Source: Chiloscyllium plagiosum (taxonomy: Eukaryota). From it: DNA of 64,000 nt. Position 1 is the stretch's first letter; the number at the start of each line of letters is the position of its first letter. The DNA lies in the NCBI RefSeq assembly GCF_004010195.1, contig NC_057751.1, positions 232,979 to 296,978 of the forward strand, read 5' to 3'. Below, one piece after another: positions 20,401 through 32,740 of this stretch. The translations under genes were made by a program, and so were the position numbers. The notes beneath the pieces are model-generated. The model was not told where the DNA came from and made no database searches. It saw only the letters and a list, made by a program, of their open reading frames with translations.

Positions 20401-23400
20401 GGACAATTTCAAAGTTGGAAGATGACATGCACTTTGAAGAATTATTAACTTTGAGGACTGTGTAGAACTCAAGAAGATCATTGTCAAGTTGTTGGAGTGG
20501 GCAGATAGGTGGCAGATGAGGTTATAGTCATAGAGATATACTTGGGTCTAACTTGTCCATGTCAACCAGATATCCTAAATTAATCTAGTCCCAGCGGTCA
20601 GCACTTCACCCATATCTCTCTAACCCTTCCTATTCATATACCTGTCCAGATGCCTTTTAAATGTTGTAATTGTATTAGCCTCCAACACTTCCTCTGGCAG
20701 CTCATTCCATACATGCACCATCCTCTGTGTGAAAAAGTTGTTCCTTAGGTCCCTTTTAAATCTTTCCCCTCTCACCTAAACCTGTGCCATCTAATTCTGG
20801 ACTCCCCCCCCACTCCAGGGAAAAGACGTTGTCCGTTTACCCTATCCATTCCCCGAATTATTTTATAAACCTCGATAAGGTCACCCCTCTGCCTGTGACG
20901 TTCCAGGGAAAACAGCTCCAGCCTATCCAGCCTCTCGGTGCAGCTCAAATGCACCAATCCTGGCCAACATCCTCACAAATCTTTTCTGAACTCTTTCAAG
21001 TTTCACAACATCCTTCAATTAGCAGGGAGAACAGAATTGCATGCAGTGTTCCGAAACTGCCCTAACCAATGTTCTGTACAGCCATAACACGACCTCCCAA
21101 CTCCTATATTCCATGCACTGACCAATAAAGTAAACACATCAAATGCCTCTTCACTATCCTGTCTGCATGTTATCCACTGTCAAGGTTCAATGCAGAGAAG
21201 CATGAGGTGGTGCACTTTGGTCAGAAAACCAGTGAAAGACAATAGAATTGTACCCCCTATTTTATGAAGGAATATAGGGACTGGATGTTTATGTGCAGAG
21301 ATCGTTGAAGTTGGCAGATGAAGAGAGCAGGGAGGAGAAAGTGAGGACTGCAGATGCTGGAGACCAGAGTTGAAAAATGTGGTGCTGGAAAAGCGCAGCA
21401 GGTCAGGCAGCATCCAAGGAGCAGGAGAATCAGAGAGCAGTAAATAATGCATATTGTTCTCGGTTTTCTTGACAGCAGCAGAAAAGATGACGTTGTACAA
21501 GACAAAGGACAAACACCTTACCCAGAGGAGACAGACATGTTCAAATAGAATTCCCCTCCAAAGGTTTCAACTGACTCAGAACAGTGACAGAGATTGGCCA
21601 TGCAGAAGTGGACTCACCTCATGTTAGTATTGGGAGAGATGGATTTCTGATCAGGTGCAGGAGAGAGGGATCGGACAGATGTGAGGTTTGGGGATCGTGG
21701 ACTGTTGCTTGCACTCCACCTTCTCTTGACAAGGTTCGTATTCTCATCCTTGTCCGTGTGTAGGACACTCTTGGAGAGAGCAAAGAGGAAAAGGGAAAAT
21801 TAGTCCAATTTCTCAAAACGTGAGAATTTCCTCCCAAGCCTTAATTCAACATCTGCATTATGATAGTCTAACAGTCAATGAGCAACACACTCCCTTTTAA
21901 AATGTAGGCAATATCAATCAACTTGCTCACAGCAGCCTTCCTCTGGCAGTGTGGTACTCCCACCATACCTCCCCTCTGATAATGTGGCAATCCAGTATTA
22001 CTGAGGTGATATTTGGATTCTCTGAATGTACTGGTATGGGGATAGATTGGGAAGGGGGACGGAGGTGGCTCAGTAATGATCTTGCTGAATGAAGAGAAAA
22101 CCCCACAGGCCACATAACCTCTTCCTGCTCCTGATGTTCCAGCTGAAGGTTTGGGGTCAATCCCAGGTCAGTACTGTCAGAATGTTCCGAGATTCCTGAG
22201 AGGTAGATGAACAGAGAGAGGTAAAGGTGTTTATGCTGCTTGGTACCATCCCTGCCTCTGAGCCAGCAGGCTGTGGTTCATGTCCCACCTGTACAACCCC
22301 TATACAAGTAGATTCAGAAATACCTGGACAGAGACAGGGAGAGACACAATGTTACCATCTTAAGTTTGTGCAGCCCAAACACAGTGCATATGAATCTAGA
22401 GGAACCTGGAGGCAGAGTAAATGCAGACAGTGAACCAGTGTGGTACTCTGTGCAATGGAAGTGATTTGGCAGTACTGTGGAGCAAGGCTGAAGCAGACTG
22501 GAACCCCCTCTGTACCCTGCAACCAATACTCACCTCGAATCTCTGTGCAAGGAAAGTGTTTGTGGGAGATCCATCAAGGGGTCCAGGGGAACCTGCCTCT
22601 GGCCTTCAACAAACAAAAAAAAAAGCCACAATGAGACATCACAGCATTGAAAATCAAATTACTTCCATCATTAGGAAGACCAAGCCGTTGTAGTTAAACT
22701 TCCCTACACAAGACATTGATTTCAAATCTGCAATTACCCCCATCTCACTCAAATCTATCAGTGCTACAGTAAGGTGCTGTTGTGGGGTAGTGGTAACAAC
22801 TCTTGCTCTGGACCAGGAGGCCTGGGTTTATGTCCCATCTGCTCAAGGTCTGTAATAACATACATGAACAAATGGATGAGAGAACATAGAATAAGTATTG
22901 AGTTCATTAATGGACGAAACAAACCTATGGAAACACATGCTCAAATCCTGAAAGCTGCAGTTTGAGAATTTCAGTGAGAGGTAAACCCGAGTGATAGTGA
23001 GGCCCCAGATTCACATCACTGCCCCACTCCTCCCCTTCCAGGGAAGAGGAGTCCTATTCTCGTCCAGAATGTCCCACTGTGACCGGGTGGACTCAGACTG
23101 GCCGGATGTCCACCTGACAGACCAGGTTCCAGTGATTCAGGAAGTGATGGGTAAAATGGACAGCAGTCCGACTCTTGGATCTGGAATATGGAAAACACCG
23201 AGACTTGGGTATGATACAACAGGCCTGCTCGTCATTACCCTGTTTGGGCAAAAATCACTGGGACAGACCCTCTCACATTAACCCACATGCAATAGGGCCA
23301 GACAGCATTTACCACCATTTCTCGTAGGTACCAACTGAGGAATACTCCGAGACCATCTCAGTGTACATTACCCTCCCGACCCAACTCCCTCTTAGTCTCC

Positions 23401-26400
23401 CAGAACCCTTCACCCCTTTCATCTCAACCCATTCCCTAAGGTCTATATTCTCCTCCCTCATCAGCTTGAACCATCTCCCCCTCTGGCCTATTCCACCCCG
23501 TTACCCATTTCCCCCAAACCCTGAAGGAAGGCACTGGGAGAAAGGGAGCAGACTGGCTTTTAAAGCAGCAGCCCCAGTTATAGCCAATCAGGTCAGTGGG
23601 AATTTAGAAAGGGTGGGTGAAGAGGAAGAGTTCAACAGACACACAAACACACGTACAGACACTAACAGGTCTCGTACCCCCGAAGCCTCTGAATGGGACA
23701 GAAGGAAGGGCAGGTCATAAAGTCGCTGCAACATTGCCCGATTCCTGCTCCATTTGTTGTAGTTACAGACACGGTTTACCCAAATTACACTGAGCCCAAC
23801 CTGGTTCCTCTCCAGCCTGGAACTGAGAAAACCTGTCCTCTCCTTTAGTCCCTGCATTAGCAGAGGTACTGGAACATACTCCATGTCCATGCGCAGAGTC
23901 AGACTGAGGGAGAGATGACCACCAGAGTATCCCTCACCTACCTCTCCTCCAAGTGGATCCTCAGCCACAGTCAACACAGGATTGATCGACAGACATAGCT
24001 GACGACTTGCCTCACTCAGTGGCAGGCAGCAGCCTGTACACTGGTGTTGTTCATCTGAAATTTTCCACAGTTCGGCATTTCAGACCGCGTCCCCAAACTT
24101 CTGCATCTCTCACAGCCACACACCTCTCAATGTCGAGGATGAGATCCCCTTCACACATTCTGATCCGGTTCTGAGCCTCCATGTTGAGCATGTCAGAGGT
24201 TTCAGTCCCATTGATGCTCGTGATCAGGTCTCCCAGCCGGAGATCCACTAAGTCTGCTTTGCTCCCACTAGTGACCTATGAGTAGAGAAGGTAAAGAGAG
24301 GGGTTCATAATCTAAAAAAAAAAGAGTTCTGTTTGTCTCTTTACTTCTGGTGCCCAGTGCCAGCTGGATCGGTGAATTATGGACACCGGATAATTGGCAT
24401 GAGGAGCAGGGCTGTAGGGCGTAGACAAGAGATTGAGACGCAGGTAAATTTGTTTTCGTTTTGCAGAGGAAGCTGCTGTGATCCCAGGCATGCTGCCTAA
24501 AAGGAACAGTGATGGAAACAGCTGAAACAAAAACTTTCAAAAGAGAATTAGATAAATACATCATCACTGTCAGAGTTGCACCCATCCAGGCCAGTGGAGA
24601 GTACTCCATCACACTCCTGACTCGTCCATTGAAGATTGTGGACAGCCTTTGCATGGTCAGGACTTGAGTTATTCACTGTAGTATTCTGATCCTCTGACCT
24701 GCTCAGGTATAGTTAGTCCAGTCCAGTTTCTGGTCAATGGTAAACCCCAGGAGGTTAACGGTAGGGAATTCCGTGACAGTAATGCCACTGAATGTGAAAG
24801 GGAAGTTTAAGAGTAGATTCCGTCTCAAATGCTCGTTGCCTGGCTCTGTGTGGAGTCTGTGTAACTTTCCCCTCATCAATACAAGCTGGATATTGTCCAG
24901 CAAACAGCATATGGACACAGGTTGCCTCATGATGTGGGGCAGGGCACAGTGTGATTGTGACAGAGGACCAGAGATCTTTATGGTGAAGGGACAGTAGTAC
25001 GCTTGGCCAGAGCTGCGATCTGTGTTGGGTGACAATCACAGGTAGGCCAGCAGGAAAGTGTTGAAACAAACCTGGTTTCAGCAGCACTGCAGAGACAGGA
25101 TATAGACCAGCATGAGGCCCCACTCATGTGCCACTTAACCGCACGGGCTTGCCAAAATATTAGATGTAAAGGCAGCCAGTAGGAGTCAGAATCCAAACTG
25201 GCTCACAACCAGACAACGGTAAGACAGTTGAGAAATGTGAACAAATATCGATGCGGAGACAGTATCAAAGGGCAAAACAGGCAAGGTTTTGTTTCAACCC
25301 CAGTTCAAAATTATACTGGCTCTTTACTGCCATTGATAGGGAAACAAGGTGTGGGAATATATACAGCAAAACTGAGGAGCCAGAATAAGGACAAGGTGAC
25401 AATTGTTCAGATTGGGTGGAACCCAGAAACCATTCCAACGTCCTACAGCAAAAGAGCTCAGTTTCCACATTTTAACAAAGGGTGGAACAAGATCTCAATC
25501 GCCAAGAGTACTCGACTGACCAGACAGAGAGGTGGACGGCAAAAGGACACAAAGATAGCAAGGAGGCAGAGAGAAAGAACAAGGGAGGGAAAAAGTGAGA
25601 GAGTTTCAAAAGAAAACGTGAAAACAGAGACAGGACAGAGAAGCAGATGGAGGGATAGCAGAAAGAGAGAAGAAGTGACAAAAACAGAGAAGCAGGCAGA
25701 CAGGAAGAGAGAGAGAGAAGAGGGTTGGAAGCGGAAGGATTAAAATGCTCTCAAAAGGTCAATGGTATCGAGGGTTCTGATGGAATCTGGCTCTGAGCTC
25801 ATCATCTCAATGCCCCAAGTATTAACCACATCCCAGTACATGAGCAAATGAACATGCAGTGACTGTCAACCAATGGAACTGCTGTTAAAACACTGCTGGT
25901 TGGTGAACTCCACCTGCTGTGAACACGTGACAGCAATCCCCATACAGTCCCAGACAACTGACTCCTGATACCCTCAGGGCGAATGCAGGGAGGGGGTTAA
26001 TGAATGCCGCTCTGCTAGTTACACCCATTTTCTGGGAATGACTTAAAAATAAACACTGGCAGCTGACGTGTCTCAGAAACTGGCTTCAGTGAGTGCAGGG
26101 CAGCAATACGAGGGCTCAGCTGATACCACAAATGGGGCAACGTGCACAGCACAGCATTCAGCTCCAACCCTGCTTGAAACATCCTGACCTGAGAACTCGG
26201 AATTAAATCTCTCCTCATCCTTCCCAATCCCCCGGACTCCGGCTAGTTTCCCCAGCCCTCCACGTCTGTGTAATTCCTCATTTCCAGCTCCATTTGAGGG
26301 AATCCCTTCTGATATCCCAAGTGTCTGCTTCCTTCGATGGAGCATCTCTCTCCAGATGAGGTCCAGCCAGTGTCAGTCATGCTTTCCTTTACACACAGCT

Positions 26401-29400
26401 ACTTTTGTAGTGTCTGCCCAGAGAAGGAAAGCTGACAATCTCATTTTAAACACTGACACTAAAATGCTGCTCCCCAATCAATAACATTGGTCTTAATGCA
26501 CCTTCTCCTCCCAACACCCCACCATCACCCTCACTAGGGGTCACAGCGACACTGAAAACCTGATGTTAAGTTCCACTGTCAGCAAAGCATCAGACTGCTG
26601 CAAGAACTGACAGACCCATTCACATCCTTGAGGGAGGCAAAGCTTCTATCTTTGTCACCTCTGCATTGTGTGGTTAATTTTCAACTGCCCTCCCAATCAG
26701 CTTTAGGAGGGATGCCCACATCCAGGGAGCGTTTGACAGGGGACAGTGTCGGGGGAGCTTTATTCTGAATCTAACCTTTTGCTGCCCCAATCCTGGCAAT
26801 GTTTGATGGGACAGTGTTGAGGAAGCTTTACTTTGTGTCAAATGCCTTGTACCTTTTCTGACAGTATGAGCTGATAAATGAATGGATTATTTAGTGTTTG
26901 GTCAGGACAGGACTAGACATCGCCGGGGACGGGAGGATGAGACAGGGAGGCAGGCTTCAACAAAGCTCCCACCAAATTTCCTCGTTTGGAGCTACAGAGG
27001 AGGGAAAAGGTTGAAGAACTGAGCGGTGACAGACTAACCACTTTGACTACCAATCGGCAATAAGGGAAAATTTAGAGTGCGATATTTAATGTCGAGCTGA
27101 TTTGGAAATTGGAGAGAACGTATAAACAGGAAAGAGGAAGGAGACATAGTACAGCAAGAAACCCCAGAAAACTGCTCATTCGCAAGCAGCACGTCATTGT
27201 CACAAAGTCCAGCTCAACCTCAATATCAGACATTGGAAAGACTGAGTGAGCACCCATACACTCCCAATTTAGTGGGCCGAGATGTACCATCCTGCAACCA
27301 AAACAGGATGGGCCACGACACTGACCTCTACTGACTGCCAAAACCCAAATATCCAGCTGACCAACTCCAACACTGAGCATTCAGTGACACAGGGAGAACT
27401 CATGTGGACAGGAAGGGATAGTGAATATGGACAAAGCCTCAATGAGGCTCTAGTGAAATATGATTATGAGAAGCCTCTCAGAACAAGGGTTAATGTTGGC
27501 CATTCACTGCATCAGAGAGGTAGGGGCCAGGGAGTACTGTTCCTGTTGGTTCATGATTTAGGAAACAGAATCAAGCTTCCTCCCTGAAAACAGAAAGGAA
27601 AATATGAAGAAACCTTTCAGCACAGGGAACGACAGAGGGACAGGATGGAACAGTATTTAACATGGGACTGGGCAAGAATGTTCAAGGCTGTTCAGAAATC
27701 ATTTCTATTGACTTATTCCACATAGGCCCCAAGGCTTGAGCTGCTTTCTCTCAGTGTGTATCTGTACTCTCTGACTCTGCAGTTCAATGCCAAAGCTATC
27801 ATTCTGATGTCCCTCAATCATGTCCAACCCCATTTATCTCTTTTGTTTTAAATGTGAATGGTGGATATCACTGGCTGGGCCAGCATTGACTGCCTGTCCC
27901 TACTTGCTCTTCAGAAGGTGGTGCTGAGCTGTCTTCTTGAACCACTGCAGTCCATGTGCTGGAGGTAGACCCACAATGCCCTAAGGGAGGGAATTCCAGG
28001 ATTTTAACTAAGAGACACTGAAGGAATGGTGATGTATTTCCAAGTCAGAATGGTGAGTGACTTGGAGGGGAACTTGCAGGTGTTGGTGTTCCATGTATCT
28101 GCTGCCCTTGTCCTTCTGATTGGAAGTGGTCTTGGGTTTGGAAGGTGCTGCCTGAGGATCTTTGATGAATTTCTGCAGTGCATCTTGTAGATAGTGCACA
28201 CTGCTGCTACTGAGCACTGGTGGTGGAGGGAGTGAATGCTTGTGGATGTGGTGCTACGCAAGCAGGCTGTTTTGTCCTGGATGATGTCGAGCTTCCCAAG
28301 TGTTGATGGAGTTGCATCCGTCCAGGCAAGTAGGGTGTAATCCATCATACTCCAGACTTGTGCCTTACAGATGATGAGCAGGCTTTGGGGAGTTATTCAC
28401 TGTGGTATTCCAAGTCTCTGACCTCTTCAATGCAGGTGAGAGACATGGTGCCTGTCATTAAGGGTGGGAATGTAGGAAAGGGAGACAGAGACCATGGATA
28501 AATGAGTGTGGGGATAAAAAGACAATGCCTCACCGGTGGGGGTGAAGAGACGACAGAGTGAATGGGAGGACCAGAGGAACATCTAGAAATTGGAGAACTG
28601 AAATCTAAAGTGCTGAGGGGGGTGAGTGAGTCAGAGTCACAGAGATGTACAGAACGGAAACTGACCCTTCGGTCTAACTCAGCCATGCTGACCAGATATC
28701 CCAACTCAATCTAGTCCCACCTGCCAGGACCCAGCCCACATCCCTCCAAACCCTTCCTATTCACAGACTCATCCTTTTAAAAGTTGAAATTGTACCAGCC
28801 TCCACCACTTCCTCTGGCAGCTTCATTCCATACATGTACCTCCCTCTGTGTGAAAAAGTTGCCCCTTAGGTCTCTTTTATATCTTTCCCCTCTCACCCTA
28901 AACCTATGCCCTCTAGTTCTGGATTTCCTGACCCCAGGGAAAAGACCTTGTCTATTTATCATACCCATGCCCCTCATGATTTTGTAAACTTCTATAAGGT
29001 CACCCCTCAGCCTCTGATGCTCCTGGGAAAACAGCCCCAGCCTGTTCAGCCTCTCCCTGTAGCTGAAATCCTCCAACCCTGGCAACATCCTTGTAAATCT
29101 TTTCTAAACCCTTTCAAGTTTCACAACATCTTTCCGATAGGAAGGAGACCAATATTGCAAAAGTGGTCAAAACAATGTCCTGTACAGCCGCAACATGACC
29201 TCCCAACTCTGTACTCAATGCTCTGACCAATAAAGGAAAGCATATCAAACACCTCTTCACTATCCTATCTAGCTGCGACTCCAAAGTCTTTTTGTTCAGC
29301 AACACTCCCCAGGACCTCACCATTTAGCGTATAAGTCCTGCTCTGATTTGCTTTCCCAAAATGCAGCACCTTGAATTTATCTGAATTAAACTCCATCTGC

Positions 29401-30668
29401 CACTTCTCAGCCCATTGGCCCATCTGGTCAAGATCCTGTTGTAGTCTGAGGTAACCTTCTTCGCTGTCCACTACACCTCCAATTTTGGTGTTATGTGCAA
29501 ACTTACTAACTATACTTCCTGTGTTTAAATCCAAATCATTTATATAAATGACGCAAAGTAGTGAACCCAGTACCGACCTTGTGGAACTCCACTGGTCACT
29601 GGCTTCCAGTCTGAAAAACAACCCTCTACCACCACCCTCTGTCTTCTACCTTTGAGCCAGTTCTGTATTCAAATGGCTGGTTCTCCCCATATTCAATGAG
29701 GTCTGGCCTTACTAACCAGTCTCCCATGGGGAACCTTGTCGAACACCTTACTGAAGTCCATATAGATCACATCTACCACTCTGCCCTCATCAATCCTCTT
29801 TGTTACTTCTTCAAAAAACTCAATCAAGTTTGTGAGACATGATTTCCCACACACAAAGCCATGTTGACTATCCCTAATCAGTCCTTGCCTTTCCAAATAC
29901 ATGTACATCCTGTCCCTCAGGATTCCCTCCAACAACTGGCCCACCACTGAGGTCAGGCTCACTGGTCTATAGTTCCCTGGTTTGTCCTTACCACTTCTCT
30001 TGAATAATGGCACCACATTACCCAACCTCCAGTCTTCCGGCACCTCACCCGTGACTATCGATGATACAAATATCTCAGCAAGAGGCCCAGCAATCACTTC
30101 TCTAGCTTCCCACAGAGTTCTTGGGTACACCTGGTCAGGTCATGGGGATTTATCCACCTTTACCCGTTTCAAGACATCCAACACTTTCTCCTCTGTAATA
30201 TGGACATTTTTCAACATGTCACCATCTATTTCCCTGCAGTCTATATCTTCCATATCCTTCTCCACATTAAACACTGAGCTAGCTCTTCCAGCCAGGAGCA
30301 CATACATTGCATTGCTGGTAAGTCACCTTATCCCAATCCAACAATTCCCATTTCCACAATTAGAGCTCTCCTACTAGCCATGAGATTTCAACCATGAGCC
30401 ACACAGAGCAGAGGCAGTGAACTAGGCGCTACGCAAAGGCAGCAAACGTGACTCCCTGCCCAAGTCGCACTGTACCTGACGTTCCAGCAGAGCCAGCCAA
30501 CAGAGTGCCCCTCACTCAGCCTAATTCCACCCCACAAAAGGCTTCGATCCACCCCCAAGGTCCCCGGGCACTCACCTTGGAGACGGTGATTTTCTTGTGA
30601 AAGTCTCTGCCGCCGGTAATACGGAATCCCCAGGGTCCGGGGCCACACAGTTTCACCGTCCGAGACAT
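17308..30668 (-). CDS. PDLIM2: PDZ and LIM domain protein 2 (mystique/SLIM), complete multi-exon gene
   Basis: Exons 30668-30576, 24275-24124, 22603-22534, 21769-21618, 20272-20203, 19873-19716 (or -19772 plus 19634-19537), 18232-18087, 17900-17804, 17476-17308, all phase-compatible; PDZ PWGFRITGGRDF, ZM DKDSEVYKMIQENR..PRQS..FRQLQEAL, LIM CEKC..H..CYACTDCGLNLSMRGHFW..YCEKH. Confidence 0.95.
17804..17900 (-). CDS. PDLIM2: PDLIM2 exon (LIM start)
   Basis: GAVVQFPGRFSPSAPNTPVPKYRVCEKCGSSI; AC|GTGAGT donor; phase 1->2. Confidence 0.92.
18087..18232 (-). CDS. PDLIM2: PDLIM2 exon (ZM/DUF4749 motif)
   Basis: IDKDSEVYKMIQENRAAKEPPRQSNRFRQLQEALDAD; phase 2->1. Confidence 0.93.
18305..18492. repeat. 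C-rich minisatellite (~30-bp unit cagcacccacctcaccaccc...)
   Basis: About six imperfect tandem copies. Confidence 0.85.
18613..18807 (+). mobile_element. Short fold-back Penelope-like derivative, family B
   Basis: 13-bp TSD catttaatagtaa (18600-18612/18808-18820); inverted arms around ~18678; hammerhead motif at 18679-18714. Confidence 0.8.
18880..19345 (+). mobile_element. Decayed CR1 3' fragment
   Basis: LGxFSLExRRLRGDL-like remnants and CR1 3' UTR ending gctgaatggcc. Confidence 0.65.
19537..19634 (-). CDS. PDLIM2: PDLIM2 candidate exon (EIVQPEKDFSQLMSDVKGAG...)
   Basis: cactacctcAG acceptor, weak GA|GTACGG donor; phase 0->2 bridges the 19772 donor to the ZM exon. Confidence 0.5.
19716..19873 (-). 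CDS. PDLIM2: PDLIM2 Ser-rich linker exon with two possible donors (19772, 19716)
   Basis: tgctttttcAG acceptor; GFQAGIQVRRSLSPVSSSYSVPR; donors GAG|GTAAGG and CAG|GTACGT. Confidence 0.8.
20203..20272 (-). CDS. PDLIM2: PDLIM2 linker exon (TVSPAWSSEEKEETAFRGNMVPK)
   Basis: gattccAG acceptor, AAG|GTGAGT donor, phase 2->0. Confidence 0.8.
20330..21310. mobile_element. Nested CR1 LINEs: older + strand copy interrupted by a minus-strand copy (~20525-21182)
   Basis: + strand IYINDVD..KLEDD remnants resume after 21183 (aggtt duplicated); inner copy encodes LELFSLERHRQRGDLIEVYKII. Confidence 0.8.
21331..21431 (-). mobile_element. Solo pLTR-end fragment, family B
   Basis: Same sequence as the 3' end of 18613-18807, inverted; 9-bp TSD agagagcag (21322-21330/21432-21440). 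Confidence 0.7.
21618..21769 (-). CDS. PDLIM2: PDLIM2 exon (SVLHTDKDENTNLVKRRWSASNSPRSP...)
   Basis: Long polypyrimidine tract + AG, AG|GTGAGT donor, phase 0->2, Ser/Pro-rich like the human linker. Confidence 0.85.
22534..22603 (-). CDS. PDLIM2: PDLIM2 exon (PEAGSPGPLDGSPTNTFLAQRFE)
   Basis: Matches human SQATSPGQTNGDSSLEVLATRFQ; T-rich acceptor, GAG|GTGAGT donor. Confidence 0.9.
24124..24275 (-). CDS. PDLIM2: PDLIM2 exon 2 (PDZ)
   Basis: VTSGSKADLVDLRLGDLITSINGTETSDMLNMEAQNRIR; 152 nt, phase 0->2. Confidence 0.95.
24560..25215 (-). mobile_element. Decayed L2/CR1-group LINE RT fragment
   Basis: STIFNGRVRSVMEYSPLAWMGA and NLLGFTIDQKLDWT motifs. Confidence 0.75.
27860..28435 (-). mobile_element. 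L2/CR1-group LINE 3' fragment sharing the SacSINE1-like tail
   Basis: MDYTLLAWTDATPSTLGKLDIIQDKTACL..HSLHHQCSVAAVCTIYKMH. Confidence 0.8.
28632..30275 (-). mobile_element. CR1 LINE (HER1-like), 5'-truncated, RT domain
   Basis: PGNYRPVSLTSVVG, SQHGF..KSCLTNL, MDFSKVFDKVPH, IYINDLD, RGDLIEVYKIM. Confidence 0.95.
30576..30668 (-). CDS. PDLIM2: PDLIM2 first coding exon (PDZ start)
   Basis: MSRTVKLCGPGPWGFRITGGRDFHKKITVSK; 93 nt; AAG|GTGAGT donor. Confidence 0.96.
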
Positions 30669-31030
30669 CTCGCTGCGCGTCTGCAAACTATCCAGACGGG
30701 CGCCCGCCCCTTAAACCTCCGGCTCCACCCTTCCATATCCCTCCCTCTGTCACACACTCCCTCCCGCTGCTCCTGCCTGCTCACCTTTATTAGAAATCCG
30801 GATCCTCCCAAATCTCCTGGCTCTGCTCTCAGAGAGCTATCACTCACTGACTCAGGTTGAGACACAAACCATCAACCCAGCTCCCACCAGGAACAGGGTG
30901 AGTCGCAGTTGAACTGTGCTGCCGTCCACAGTCAAATAGCCGTCCATTTCAGGCGTGTCTCCATTCAAGGGGAGTTGAGGCGGAAGCATGTAGAGTTCAG
31001 ACGGCCACTCGGCTTGCTCCTGACCGAGCC
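30669..31030 (-). promoter_or_regulatory. PDLIM2 promoter/5' UTR region
   Basis: Local CpG enrichment, GC box (ggggcgggcg on minus at ~30701-30710), AP-1 TGACTCA at ~30848, candidate upstream donors at ~30784 and ~30847. Confidence 0.5.
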
Positions 31031-31999
31031 CTGTTGTAGGTGGAACACTTTCACAAAACCCAAAACGTTGCTTCATCATTAATCTCCTAAAAACCAGAAG
31101 TCAATTCCTCAGTCCTCTTCCAATTCAAATACCACAATTCTTAAATGTTTGCTCTGGTGATGAAATCCCTCCATTGTCTTTCCCTTTCCCTGTCTCTGTT
31201 ACTCAACTCACTCCCCACAGCTCTCTCTCTCAATATTTACTTGCACAAGATCTTGGAGCACAGTTCGGCTATTCAGCCCATTGAGTCTGTTCTGCAGGTA
31301 GATGGAGTTTCTTCAGTCTGTTCCAAGGCCTTCTGAAACCTCTCCAGCAGCCTCTGAGTGTCCCCCGTTTGTGGAGAGGTTTTGTTCATTTTCAATGTGG
31401 AGAAACAGGGAGTGCTGAGGGCTAAACTCAGCTCAAAGCCAATCGTGAGCAGCTCCCAGTGCACCGTGCTACTTGTCCCCACCTTCTAAACGCTGAACAA
31501 ATTCAGACCTCAGGTCAGCATTTATTGCCGGTCCCTAGTTGCCCTTTGAGAAGGTAGGGTGAGCTGCTTTCTTGAACCGCTGCAGTCCATGTGCTGGAGG
31601 TAGATTTGCAATGTTCCTCAGGGAGGGAATTGCAGATTTTAACTAAGCGACACTGAAGGAACGGTGACTTCTGTTTTTGTCCCTGATTCACAGTGTGAGC
31701 GGTTCTTTTGGTTTTTATTCAGATCTTAGGTTGTAAAATTAAAATTCCACAGCCCTCCTGATCAAGCACGAATTGCTTTCTCATAAGATTGCTGGAAAGG
31801 CCAACTGTTTCCCAAAGCAGCGTTGCATGAAGGGAACTTGGACAGAACTGGGCCTCACCTTGCTCCGATGCCACACAATGTACCTGACTCCTTCCTGATG
31901 CCCTCAGGCAGTTAGGGAGGGGCAATGAATGTGGCTTTGCCAGTTCCACCCACATTCCAGCAGCCAATTAAAAGTAAACATTAGGAAACCACACATGTG

Positions 32000-32740
32000 T
32001 CAGAGTTGTAAACAGAGAGTATTGGAGATCCTCAGGAGGTCAAGCTGTATCCATGAAGAGATAAACATTTCTGACTGCGGACATGTCCTCAAGACCAGGA
32101 GGCACAGGAATGGTGGTCTGTGATAAGGTGTAAGGCCTTATGGAAGACGAAATTCCAAAAAGGACAGTGGTGTGGCCCATCATGGGAATGGGACAATGTA
32201 AGAAACAAGAGGAGGTTCGAGGCAAGGGCTAACAGGCAACAGCAGAATTGGCTGTATACCAGAAGCTGCCATTAACAACGCTGATGGGGCTGGTCTTCAG
32301 CTGAAGTGGCTGGACTCCATGTTGACTCCAGAACGGTGGAAAGACGAGGGGGAGCTCTACAAACTGAGACTGAGCCTCAGTGACAAAATGTGAGGACTGA
32401 GGAAAGAGAGGTCAGAGCAGGACTGAGAATGTCTCTTCAGAATTGGAGGTGGAGGAGTGAAGGAAGGGAAGGATTGAAATCAGAAATGGACCCTTGGAAG
32501 GTGAAGGAAGAGTAGACATTGAAGCAAAGTTGATAGTTTGGGTGAGGGCACGAAATAACAGTGATACTGACAGTTACTGATGTACCTGTCAGAAATCACA
32601 CAATACCAGGTTATAGTCCAACAAATGTATTTGAAATCATGAGCTTTCGGAGCGCTATTCTGTCGTCAAGTGAAGTACTGATGTACCTGGAAAGTATTCA
32701 GGGTCAGCCTCAGGGAAGAGTTGAGGAGAACCGAGAATGT
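32000..32740 (-). mobile_element. Highly decayed Penelope-like (Neptune-type) fragment
   Basis: Sequence resembles 40040-41560 and pLTR-type ends; a family A fragment is inserted at ~32590-32675. Confidence 0.45.

Noticed and set aside
25228-25743. 171-aa + strand ORF rich in R/E/K
   Set aside because: Purine-rich low-complexity intronic DNA, antisense to PDLIM2
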